Source: Pristiophorus japonicus (Eukaryota). From it: a stretch of DNA of 64,000 nucleotides. Positions 20,521 through 37,003 of the stretch are shown one piece after another. Both the position numbers and the translations under genes were made by a program. The stretch spans positions 130,696,001 to 130,760,000 of the forward strand of contig NC_091980.1 in NCBI RefSeq assembly GCF_044704955.1, read 5' to 3'. Within the stretch, counting starts at the first letter, position 1; each line of letters opens with the position of its first letter. The notes beneath the pieces are model-generated. The model was not told the DNA's origin and made no database searches. It saw nothing but the letters and a program-made list of their open reading frames with translations.

Positions 20521-21130
20521 TGATTGACTTGCTAGGCCATTTCAGAGGGCAGTTGCTTTGGGTTTGGAGTCATATCGGCCAGATTTCCTTCCCGAAGGAC
20601 ATTAGTGAAGCAGATGGGTTTTTACAACAATCCGATAGCTCCCTGGGCAACATTACTGATACTAGCTTTTTATTCCAGATTTTAATTTAATTAACTGAAT
20701 TTCAATTCCCCAGCTGCCGCGGTGGGACTTTGGATCATTAGTCCAGGTGTCCTTGGAGATGGAGCACGCGGTGTCCACCGGTACACTTGCGGCCTTCCGT
20801 GAGAGGTGGGCAACGGAGGGACTGGAGTGCATCATCACGCCCGGCAACCAAATTTTAATTTGATTTTATGTTTTTAAGTTAATTTGTTTTAATTGCCGGT
20901 GCTGTTAGTGTCCCCCTCCCCTTTTATAGGGGGCACTTGGAGAAAAAATACGATTTTGTGCCCCAAAAAAAAACACAAAAAAAAACACAAAAAAATAAAA
21001 GGGCCTTGTAAATGTTTGGTGTTTCCCCCAGATCGGGGGGCATGGTTTAATGTTTTTTGTTTGCTACCAAAAGAGTTCATTGGTCCAGTCCTTGAATTTT
21101 TGTCCAGTAACATAACCACTGTTTTATCGT
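20520..21130 (-). mobile_element. tRNA-derived SINE, interrupted by the Tx1 insert (intact homolog at about 49085-49380)
   Basis: Reverse-strand SINE head GTGGTTATGTTACTGGAC...TAATGATCC...CCCACC and body typical of shark SINEs. Confidence 0.6.
20747..21076 (+). mobile_element. Tx1/L1-clade non-LTR retrotransposon 3' end, unit 1 only
   Basis: Encodes VSLEMEHAVSTGTLAAFRERWATEGLECIITPGNQILI*, flanked by a 12-bp TSD (TCATTAGTCCAG 20735-20746 / TCATTGGTCCAG 21077-21088). Empty site at about 49324. Confidence 0.75.
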
Positions 21131-21360
21131 AATCTTTGCATCTCTCAATGGCACTTTTGGGGTATCGATGTCACCACAATTCATACGTTGATGAGACACA
21201 ATTCTACAAGTCATGTTGGGTTTTGCGTGCTGATGGGTTTGACGACTTCATGTTTCAGATAAAACAAATTCTTCAGCTCACTCGATGTGAAAAACTTTAC
21301 AGATGCCCTTGTTTTAAGAATTACATAGAATTTACAGCACAGAAAAAGACCATTCAGCCT

Positions 21361-21501
21361 GGCAAATTGCAGTGGTGAGCGGTTCTTTTTGAACGTAAAA
21401 CACATCAAGAATGAGGTGAGGAACCGAATGGGACAAGATCGATTTAATAGTCTTTCAATCATGAGCATGGAGAGCGAAGTACTGAGAGGACTTGACTTCA
21501 C
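21361..21501 (+). mobile_element. hAT transposase C-terminal dimerisation-domain fragment (also about 49610-49750)
   Basis: Unit-2 copy translates ANCSGERSFLNVKRIKDEVRNRMRQDRFNSLSIMSMESEVLRGLDF, matching the hAT C-terminal pattern ERxFS...K..LR..M...RL..L. Confidence 0.72.
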
Positions 21502-21814
21502 ACACTGAGCCTCCTCCCAACCTCATTTAACCCGATCAGCATATCCTTCCAATCCTTCCTCCCTCACGTGTTTATCCAGCTTCCCCTTAAACGCGTCTAT
21601 GCTGTTTGTCTCAACTATTCCTTTTGATAGCGAGTTAAACATTCTGAACACTCTCTGAGTAAAGAAGTTTCTTTTGAAGTCTCTCTTAGATTATTAATTC
21701 TAACTTTCTATATAATTCTATGGAGATCAGAACTGTGCGCAATACTCCAAGTGTTGTCTAGCCAAGGTTCTATATAAACTTAACATGCTGCACAGGGATA
21801 TGGTTCAGTTCACC

Positions 21815-23310
21815 TCAACCGTGTTCTCCCTGTGGCCGAGGAGCTCCGTCCGGAGCCACAGTGCGTATTTCGGCCCCTACGGGTAACAACGGACATGATC
21901 TCTGCAGCACGCCAAGTGCAGGAAAAATGCAGGGAGCAGTGCCAGCCCTTATACATGGCATTTTTCGATCTTATAAAGGCCTTTGAGACAGTCGACCTTG
22001 AGGGCTTATGGAGCGTCCTACCTCCATTTTGGATATGCCCAAAAGTTTGTCAACTTCCTTCGCCTGCTCCACGACGACATGCATGCCGTGATCCTTATCA
22101 GCGGATTTGTGACAGACCCATTCAACGTCTGAAGCGGGGTCAAACAGGGCTGCGTCATCGCTCCAACACTTTTCTCAATCTTCCTCGCTGCCAACTCCAC
22201 CTCACTGTCAACAAGCTCCCCGCTGGAGTGGAACTAAACTACAGAATCAGTGGGAAGCAGTTTAACCTATGCCCTCTCCAGACCAGTGCAAGACCACCCA
22301 AACCTCTGTCGTTGAACTGCAGTATGCGGACGACGCCTGCGTCTGCGCACATTCTGAGGCTGAACTCTAGGATATAGTCGATGTATTCACCGAGGCATAT
22401 AAAATCATGGGCCTTACACTTAAGATCCTTAAGACAAAGGTCCACATCAGCCTGTCTTCGCTGCACAGCACGACCCCCAGACATCAAGATTCACGGCGTG
22501 GCCCTCGACAACGTGGACCACTTCCCATACCTCGGGAGCCTCCTGTCAACAAAGGCAGACATTGATGCGGAGATTCAATGTCGCCTCCAGTGCACCAGTG
22601 CAGTCTTCGGCTGCCTGAGGAAAGGAGTGTTCGAAGACCAGGCCCTCAAACCTACCACCAAGCTCACGCTCTACAGGGCTGCAGTAATACCACCCTTCTG
22701 CATGGATCAGAGGCATGGACGACTTACAGAAGGCACATCCAGTCGCTGGAGATATATCACCAAAGATGCCTCCGTAAGATCCTGCAAATTCCCTGGGAGG
22801 ACAGACGCACCGACATCAGTGTCCTCGTGCAGGCTAACATCCCTAACATTGAAGCACGAGCCACATGCGATCAGCTTTGCTGGGCAGGCCACTTAGTCCA
22901 CATGCCAGACATGAGACTCTCTAAGCAACTGCTCTATGCGGAACTCCTTTATGGCAAACGAGCCAAAGTTGAGCAGTGGAAACGTTACAAGGACACCCTC
23001 AAAACCTCTCTGATGAAGTGCGACAGCACCACTGATGCCTGGGAGACTCTGGCCGAAGTCCATCCTAGTTGGAAAAAGTGCATCCAGGAGGGTGTTGAGC
23101 TCTTCGAATCTCAACGCTGCGAGCGTGAAGAGGTCAGGCAGCGGAAGGAGCATGTGGTAAATCAGTGCCACCCTTCCCCCGATGAATATCTGTCCCATCT
23201 GTGACAGGGTCTGTGGCTTTCATGTTGGACTGTTCAGCCACCAAAAAACTCACTTTAGGTGTGAAAGCAAGTCTTCCTGGATGCTGAGCGACTGCCTATG
23301 ATGATGGGTT
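21815..23310 (+). mobile_element. RTE-clade (BovB-like) LINE, 5'-truncated (also about 50065-51565)
   Basis: QCVFRPLRVTTDMISAARQVQEKCREQ, GVKQGCVIAP, QYADDA, FPYLGS, WAGHLVHMPD motifs, C-terminal CPICDRVC zinc finger and a GAT-type tail. Confidence 0.9.
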
Positions 23311-23604
23311 CAGCTGCAGGTATTCCTCGCTCTGAGCTCAGAACTGCGCCAATGGTTAACACTCATCTGTGCCTTTTTATCTCTAGAATTGACTATTTCA
23401 ATGCTCTCCTCCTAGCGTAACATGCTCCATAAACTTAAGCTTATCCAAAACTCTGCTGCCTGTATCCTAACACACACCTAGTCCCACTCACCCATGACCC
23501 CTGTGCTTGTGAACCATCATTGGCTCCCAGTCTGACAGCGCCTCATATTCAAGATTCTTATCCTTGTATTAAAATTCCACCATGGCCCTTCCCTCACCTC
23601 TTTT

Positions 23605-23770
23605 CCCAGCACATTGATAATATCGGTGCTGTTTCCTGCTCTCACAATAAACTGGAACATTTAATTCACTATGTTCCCAATTTCCACCCTTCACTCACCT
23701 TCACATGGTTCATCTCGGTCACTTCACTTCCCTTTCTCGACTTCTCTGTCTATCGTCTCAGTCTATCAGA
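23605..23770 (+). mobile_element. Penelope-like RT fragment (also about 51865-52030), preceded by an L2-like 3' fragment at about 23330-23600
   Basis: HIDNIGAVSCSHNKLEHLIHYVPNFHPSLTFTW.SVTSLPFLDFSV resembles the Penelope RT segment YIDD...FHPxLxFT...LPFLD. Confidence 0.7.
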
Positions 23771-24550
23771 CAAATATCCAATGAGTTGTTTGGATGTTGC
23801 TTCAAACCGCAGATACCTGCAAATGATCAACCCACTGAACAATACAGAACTATTAAAAAAACACTGACTCGCAAACAACAGAGGATTCAATGAACCTTTC
23901 AAGGTGGCCATTAACTGGTCCAGGCAGAGCACGGTCGATGGGGTGTTCTCTCAGTCTGCCTGCCTCTCTTCCGCGGCGATATCCGTGCCAGGGTATCCCT
24001 GGATTGGGAGCACGCAGTGTCTCCCGGTATGCTTGAGGCTTTCCGTCATCGGAGGGCACCAGAGGGAGGGGAGCGCAGCGTGGATACAGGGAAATAATGT
24101 AAATTTTTTAAGTTTTTATGTTAGTTTTGTCATAATGTGGATCTGACAGTTTATTCCCCCTTTTCAAGGGAGCACTTATGGTTTAAGTGTTTCCGATAGC
24201 TGAATTAAACATTCCAATTAATTAGCCCAAAGAATCGAGAATCCAATCAAACTTGTGACTCTGGATATTTGAGGAAAGTTCGGACAATTGAGATCCTCAT
24301 TGAGAAGTCAGCCAATGATGTTCATTCTTCAAAGATCTGACTGGCTCTGGGAGTCCATCTCCCTCCTCCCTTTACTTGATTGGTGCTCTGAGAAGATGCA
24401 ACTTCTGATTGGGTATTGATGACTGTCACTCATCATCAAGAGTGCCACACCCTGGATTATCCCTCAGTATAAATATAGGAGTTTGAGTTTGGTTAAATGT
24501 TATCTTTGTACTTCTAGAAAGTTTTTACTTTGGAAAAATAAAATATTAAG

Positions 24551-28824
<4,274 letters not shown>

Positions 28825-31800
28825 CTGAAGCTTCTGATCAGTACTCGTGTTTAAACAATGTGTGTGTGTGTGTGAGACTTTGTCCTACATAGAATGGTGG
28901 CTTTGTACAGCCTGGGACCTGGACGCTTGATGTGAAATATAATTAACTGTAAATAAACTGTCTAATATTGGACTGGCTTTTGTCTCCTTGCAAGTTTGAC
29001 TGGCTGCTTATTTTCCATTTACCATAACTTGGTTGCAGCACAAGTATTGCACTCGGCTATGCAACAGCCATACATTGGTTACAGCACATGAGGCCATTCA
29101 GCCTGTCGAGCCTGTGCCGGCTCTCCAAGAGCACCTTAGCTAGTCCTACTCCCTTGCATTTTCCCTGTAGCCCTGCAATTATTTTCCTTCAGGTACTTGT
29201 CCAATTCCATGATTGAAACTGCCTCCACCACCCTCTTGGGCAGCACAATCCAGATACTAACCACTCACTGCATAAAAGTTTTTCCTTATGTCAGCTGTGG
29301 TTCTTCTGTCAATTGCCTTAAATTTGTGTCTGCTGTTCTTGTCCCTTCTGCCAGTGGGAACAGTCCTATAATTTTTGGCTTTTTGCTGGGGTAATTTCAA
29401 TATATTGACATTTATATTCATAAGAACTTAGGAGCAGTAGCAGCCCATTTGGACCTTTGAAGCCTGCAATCCCATTCAATATGATCATAACTGATCCTTT
29501 AACAACACCATGCTTTTACCCCATAGCCCTTGATGCCTTTTGTATCAAGATATCTATCTCCTTCTTAAATATATTCAGTGATTGGGCTCCACTGCCTTCT
29601 GTGGTTAATAGTTCCCCAGCTTCCCCATCCTCTGAGTGAAAACATTTTTTATCTCAGTGCTAAATTTCCTACCCCATATCCTGAGCCTGTGACACTTTTT
29701 AGTCTCAACTTCCCGGCCAGGGGCAACTTCCTCCCCACATCCAGTCTATCCAATAAGATCCCCTTTCACTCTTCTAGTGAATACAGGCCTGGTCAACCCA
29801 ATCTCTCATGATAATCTTTCCATCCAAGGAATCAGTCTGGTGGGACTTTGCTGCACTCTTTCTTGGCTAAGGAGACCCAAAACTGTGCATAATACACCAG
29901 GTGTAGTTTCACCAAGGCCCTGTATAATTGTAGTAAGACATCCTTGCTCCTGTTCTGTGAACAATTGTAAATATTACATTTGGTTTCCTCCTCTCAATCT
30001 ATTTATTTATATATATCTATATAAAGATATATATATATATGACTAGCTGGTGCCCAAGCACTGAGCCCTGTGGTTTCTCACTAGTTACTGGCCACCACCC
30101 AGGAAAAGACTTGTTTATTCCTACTCTGTTTCCTATCAATTAACCAATATTCAATCCATGCCAGTATATTACACCCAATCCTATGTGCTTTAATTTTGCA
30201 CACTAACCTCTTGTGGGATATTATCAAAGGCCTTCTGAAAATCCAAATACACTACATGCACTGGTTGTCCCTTATCTAATTTCAGTTACATCCTCAAAAG
30301 AAACTCCAGTAGGTTTGTCAAACACTTTGATTTTCATGAATCCATATTGACTTTGTCTAATCCCGTTGATATTTTCTAAGTGTCCCTTTATCACATTCTA
30401 CTAATGTTCGGCTAAACAGGCGGTAGTTACCTCTTTTCTTTCTCCTTCCTTTTTAAAATAGTGGGATTACATTTGCCACCCTCCAATCTGCAGCAACTGT
30501 TCCATAATCGGTAGAATTTTGGAAGATAATAACCAATGCATCCACTATTTCCATGGCTACCACTTTTAGTACTCTGGGATGCAGATTATCAGGCCCTGGG
30601 GATTTATCAGCTTTCAATCGCATTTGTTTCTCCAGCACTGTTTTCTGACTAATAATCCTTTCCTTTACTTTCTCTTGCTCACGATCCTCGGATGTTATTT
30701 GTGTCCTCTTCTGTGAAGACAGAACCGAGGTATTTAATTGTTCTGCCATTTCCTTGTTCCCCATTATAAATTATCCCATTTGTGACTGTAAAGGACCTAC
30801 ATTTATCTTCGCTAATCTTTTTCTTTTTACATACTGGGAGAAACTTTTACTGTCGTTTTTTATGATCCTTGCAAGTTTAGTCTCATACACTATTTTCCCC
30901 CTCTTAAACAATCTCTTGGTCCTTTTTTGCTGAATTCTAAACTGCTCCCAATCCTCAGGCTTGTTACTTTTTCTGGCAACTTTGTATAACTCCTCTTTGG
31001 ATCTAATACTATCCTTAATTGCTTTTGTAATCCATGGTTGGGGCACTTTTCCTTTTGTGTTTTTGCAGCAGAAAGGAAAGTATAACTGTTGCAATTCATG
31101 CATTCGTTCCTTAAATGTTAGCCATTGACTATCCACCATCATGCCTTTTAATGACTCTTCCCAATCTATCATAGCCATTCCTCATACCTTCATAGTTTCC
31201 TTTGTTTAGATTTTGGACCTAGTTTTGGATTGGACATCTTCACTTTCAATCTTCATGAAGAATTCAATCATGTTCTGATCATTCTTCCCGAAAGGACCCC
31301 GCACAAAAAGACGATTAATTAACTCCTTCTCATTGCATAATACCCAATCTACGACAGTTATTCAGACATGTTGAAGACCTAATTTCAATTGTACTTATAT
31401 GTAATGACTCAAAAATCTGGTTACTGTAGACTCACTCAGGTGCAACTTCATCCATCTTTATTCCAGCCCAAGAGTGCCAGAGTGACAAAGACACCCAGCT
31501 TACACCCAGCTTACATACAGGTGATCAAGCACACATGCCGCGTGTGTACAGCCTGACGACCTCCGACCGTGGCACCCTCTGATGTCTTGTGACCCCCACG
31601 CATTAATACATAAGAGAATATCTTGCAAATTCTATTCATGCATTTCAATCTAGCGTTGCAATGCTGCAATACAACAGTTGAAAATGTTCACGTTTGTTCA
31701 GCCACATAAGGCAGTGGGACCACAGGTAAATGTTAATGTCTTAAAGGAGGCAGAGAGGTTTACATAATAACATGCAATGTCATTTGGCACCTCGAGCCTG

Positions 31801-32747
31801 TTCCGCCATTCAATAAAATCATGGCTGGTCTGAACTTGGTCTCAACACTTTCCTGCCTGTTCCCCATAACCCTTGACTCCCCTATTGTTCAAAAATCTAT
31901 CTATCTCCACCTTAAATGTATTCAATGACCCTGCCCCACACACGCACACACACACACACACACACACAGTACTGAGGGAGTGCCGCACTGTCAGAGGGGC
32001 AATACTGAGGGAGTGCCGCACTGTCGGAGGGGCAGTACTAAAGGAGTGCTGCAGTGTTGGAGAGGAAGTACTGAGGGAGCATTGTATTGTCAGAGGGGCA
32101 GTACTGACAGGGTTCTGCACTGTCTGAGGGGCAGTACTGAGGGATTGCTGCACTGTCGGAGGTACCATCTTTCAGATGAGATGCGAGGCTGTCTGCTCTC
32201 TTAGGTGGACGTAAAAATTCTCAGGTTGCTATTTCGAAGAAGCGCAGGGAGTGTTCTCTCCGGTGTCCTTGATAATATTTATCCCGCAACCAAAACAGAT
32301 TATCTGGTCATTAACATACTGCTGAACTTGATTGGTTGTAAAGAGCTTTGAGACATCCTGAGGCCATGAAAGGGCTATATAAATGGAATTCTTTCTTCTT
32401 TCTAAGAGGATAAACGTTCCCAAGCCTCCTTTAAGTTTAAGTTTCTTTCAACATCTTTTGTGAAGTTGCAATCTTTGTTGGTTGTGCCTTTTGAAAAAGG
32501 GGCCCATGCTTGACTTTAAATTGACAATTGCCGCCGACAAAAAGAAGAGTCAGCCAAAGATGCTCATTCTTCAAAATTCATGACTGGCTCTGGGAGTCAT
32601 GGCCCCTCCTCCCTTTACTTGATTGGTGCTCTGACAGAGGCTGCAACTTGTGATTGGGTATTGAGGAATGACACTCACAGCTAGACTGTCCCGCCCTGGA
32701 TTATCCAGCAGTGTAAAGACAGGAGTTTGAAAATCGGTAACTCTCAG

Positions 32748-32775
32748 CTTCATGCTTCAACAAGGCTCAGATTTT
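32748..32775 (+). promoter_or_regulatory. Degenerate iron-responsive element relic in 5' UTR (copy 4); weaker relics at about 735-762, 24505-24532, 52775-52802
   Basis: TGCTTCAA-CAAGGC-TCAGA versus the canonical ferritin IRE TGCTTCAA-CAGTGY-TTGRA. The 5' half is exact; the loop and 3' stem are broken. It sits just after the predicted TSS, where ferritin IREs lie. Confidence 0.6.
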
Positions 32776-32792
32776 TGGAAAAGCAAATTAGG

Positions 32793-35700
32793 ATGGCCTC
32801 TCAGAACTACCACAAGGACTGTGAGGCTGCTGTCAACCAGCAGGTCAACATGGAGCTCAGTTCCTCCTATGTTTATCTCTCCATGGTGAGTCTTGTATTT
32901 CTGAGCACTTCACAATGCACCTGCTGCAATGTCAATTTACTAGATTCTGTGCTGTATCTGGCCCACCCTCACTTGATGTACAGTGAATTCATTTGTTAAA
33001 GCTCTGCTATAATGGTTGGGAAGCAAATTTTCACTCGTGTGGTGGAAGTCTGGAACATATTCTCTCTCTCCTTGCTTCCCACATTCCACCCACCCAAGGC
33101 TGTGGCTGCCTGGGCAAGGTTTTTGTTGGCTAAGGGTATCAAGGGATTGGAACATCAGCAATAGGAGTAGGCCATTTGGCTGATCTCTCCCCTCAATTCC
33201 ACCTTCCTGCACTATCCCCATGGGCCATAATTTCTTAAGTTTCAAAAAATTTATTGACCTCTGTCTTGAATATACTCAATGACTGAGCATCCACAGCCCT
33301 CTGGGGTAGAGAATTCCATAAATTCATCACCCTGTGAGTGAGGAAATTTCAACTGCTCTCAGTCTTTAATGGCCAACCCCTTATTCTCAGACTTTGACCC
33401 CCCTGGTCCGAGATTTCCCCAGTTAGGGTAAACATTATTTCTGCATTAACCCTGTCAAGCCCCTTTAAGAATTTTGTTTAATTAGATTTGCATCTCATTC
33501 TACTAAACTCTAGAACATTGGCCTAGTCTACTCAACCTTTTCCCATCGGGCCATCTCATCATTCCAGAAACCAGTCTCGTGAAACTTTGTTGTTTCACCT
33601 CTAATTCAAGTATGTCCTTCATTGGGTAAGGAGACCAGCACTGTACACAATACTTTGGTGACACACCGAATGCCCTGTGCAATTATAGCTACATTTTTAC
33701 ATAAACTCCAATCCCTTTAACAAAAGCTCACATACCATTTGCTTTCCTAATTACTTGCTGGATAAATAGAGTTAAGCTGCAGATCTGACGAAATTGAATG
33801 GTGGAACAGGTTTGAGGGGCTGAATGGCCTACTCTTGATCTCCTCGCTTTAGTTACCAGTTTTTGCCCTTCTGTTTTTTTCTCTAACTCCCTTTTGCTTT
33901 ATTGGTGGTAAAGCCTTCAGCCATTTCCCCCCCGACTCGGTGGAGCTCTCCCTTAACCCCTCTGCTTCCCTACCTTGACCTTCATTGGTGACCTCCAACT
34001 GAAGGGTAGTATCTGGTTGTCTGCTGGAATGCCTTGATGTTTAGTTTTGAAGGTGCCAAATGAATGCTGATTAGTTTTGGTTCCACGGGATGAATGTAGC
34101 CAGTAACACTTGGGCCAGATGTACTATGAATTGTGTGCTGTGACTAGATCTCTACTTTAAGGGCTTTGCTTCTAGTTCCAGTAGTGCCCATTACATAGCC
34201 TGTACAAAATGGATCTTGGTCAATAAACCATGATTGGAATGGTACTGTTAATAATCATTCACTAATTTCTAAACCTACACCTTGAGCATTGGGTGCCAAG
34301 ATTAAGGTTATAGCTTTGAGCATGTTCTATCAAAGCTGAATTGATAACCATGGGATGATGCAGCAGTGAAGGAGGCCATCCGGCCCATTCTGCCTGTGCT
34401 GACTGTTGGGTGGAGCTATCCAACTCGTCCCACTCCCCTGCTCCATCCCATAGCCCTGCAAAATTGTCTATGTAGTTTTTTTTTAAGCTGTTGCCATTTA
34501 AATTACTTCCACCATCCTTTCTAGCACCCCATGTATTTATTTAAAAAAAAAAGTTGTCTCTTGTTGCCTCTGGTCCATTTGCCAATCACCTTTTGATTTT
34601 CCATTATCCAGCTTCCCTATTGCTAGGGGATTATCCCCTCTCTACCACATTAGTGAAGTCAGTCGGCTGGTGCGAGCTTGTATAACATTGTACATGGAAA
34701 TTCAGGGAGACATTGTACCCTTTGAAAGAAGCAAAATTGAGTTTATGTACAATACGCACAATAATAGATCTGCCATGTGATACCCAACTACTCTTCTGAT
34801 CTCTCTGCAGTCCTTCTACGTTGACCGAGATGATGTTGCCCTGTGTTACTTTGCTGAGTTCTTCAAGGAGCAGTCACATGAGGAACGTGAGCATGCTGAG
34901 AAACTGATGCAATTCCAGAATCGGCGTGGAGGCCGCATCATCTTGGCGGACATCAAGGTTTGGCTCCATAAACAATGGGCCTTCTGTCTGGCTTCCCTTG
35001 GACTGATGGCTCCCCATACATTCTAAAGCAGTTGGTTCCAATTTACAGCACAGAAACTAGCCATTTGGACAAACTGGTCTATGCTGGTGATTAGGCTCCA
35101 GATGTCTCCCACCTTGCTTTTATACAGCAACATATCCTTTGATTTATTTTTCCCTTGTCTACTTATTTAGCTCCCCATGCAATACATCTATTCTACTCAC
35201 CTGATCAATTTGACTCCAGTGGTTGATGGCTTAATGCAGTAATTCTATATTCTAACACATAGGTTCATTGCATCCTTGACTTCTGATTGCATTTTTTTCA
35301 TCCCTAATTCCTTCAATACTTGTTTGTTTAATCCATTGTAAAGGAACTGTGACGTTCCTCTTCAGGAACCAGAGCAGGATGAGTGGACCAATGGTCTGGA
35401 GGTGATGCAGAGAGCTCTGCAGATGGCGTAGAATGTGAACCAGAATCTGCTGGATCTGCATAAACACTCCACTGGGAGCACTGACCCTCATGTAAGTTCC
35501 TCATGTGGGGTTCTGGGTAAGTTGGAGGCGGTGGAACCTTGCTGTCCTTGAGCCTATTATAAAAATCTCTGCCCAATAGCTTCATGTTGGTGTGTATTTT
35601 TTTGGTGGGGGGAGTGGAGCAGTAGTAGGAAGGGACAGGAGGTTGGCCTACTGTGGACATTGACTAGTAAATGTGTGCCAGCAACTTTCGTGCAGCAAGT

Positions 35701-36009
35701 TTAATCGAAATGATGCAGTAATTCCATTAAGTTCAATTGCACCACTTAACTAACCTCCAGTTCAAGAGGATTAAAATCCAAACTCTTGATGGGTAAGCTC
35801 TGATATTCATTGATATCTGCTCCTGGTCACAACTAGTTTCCCTCTTCTCCTGCAGTTGTGACTTCCTGGAGACCCACAACTTGGATGAACAAGTGAAGAT
35901 GATCAAGAAGCTTGGAGATCACATCATCAACCTGAAGAGACTGGGAGCCCCTGAAAATGGCCTGGGGAAGTACCTGTTTGATAAGCACATGCTAGGGATG
36001 AGCGGTTGA
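32793..36009 (+). pseudogene. Ferritin pseudogene, copy 4 (type C)
   Basis: Exons 32793-32885 (9-nt deletion removing VCQ), 34811-34957, 35366-35491 (E107-equivalent changed to Ala, then TAG 35429-35431), 35856-36009 (2-nt deletion at exon start). TATA reads TGTAAAGA and the polyA signal reads TATAAA. Confidence 0.92.
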
Positions 36010-37003
36010 ACTGACTGCCAGGAACAAGCTTATTGTGTTCAGTACGAGTGTTTATATAATTATGTGTGAGACTCATTCCTGTAGAGAATGACAGCCTGTG
36101 ACTTTATGCAGGCTGTGAGACTTGGCCTCGTGATGTGAAGTGTATATAAACTGTTCAGTATGGGACTGGATTTTGTCTCATTGTAAATTTGAGTGAGTGG
36201 TTGCTTATTTTCAACTTTACATCAGCCCAGAATTACACTGGGCTGTGTAACCACTTTATTGTTCCTCTTTCCTGCTGGTGTACATCTGACTTGTTGAGCG
36301 GCATTGTCAACGTCTTGTGTTGAAGATGTCATTCCAATTCTGTGTGTCCATTTAGAGTAAATTATTTGGTGCATTTCACTGATTGTTGCAATGCTGTAAT
36401 CTAACAACTTGCATTGATGTAGTACCTGTAAACGTATGCTCTTTGGGAGTTGATGATTATGGGGAGCATGCAGCAAAGTGAAGTTGAGGCTAAGATCAGA
36501 TCAGTTGTGATCTTACTGAATAGTGCACTAAGCTCGAGGGCCCAAATGGCCAACTCCTGCTCCTATTTCTTAGGGAGGGAACTCTCGAGCAGGGGGCCAA
36601 GGCAGCTGAATACAAGTAACTGCTCCCACTAATGATGAATATTCTCTCTGCCCTTTGCATCAATGGCAACAATTTAACCCCTCAATACAACAAAATGTCA
36701 GCTGCTGTAATGTTCAATGCATGGAGAGTTTTCCAGTCCATTAGTGTTTAACCATTTCATTCCAAACTAACACTCCCAGTTTAGGTATTTATTTAAAGTA
36801 AGCTACCAACACCACTCAGTTACTCCTGTAGACTACACTGCAGGTTGCTTACTCAACTGAACTCATCATTGCTGTTATTGACTTTCTGTTCCGCTTTGTG
36901 GGCAACGTAGCACAGAATGCTGATTTTGATTCCCAATATCTGAGCTCATTAAGTGAGCCATGATATTATGGGGCAAGGGAAGTACAATTGGGTGACTGGG
37001 AAA

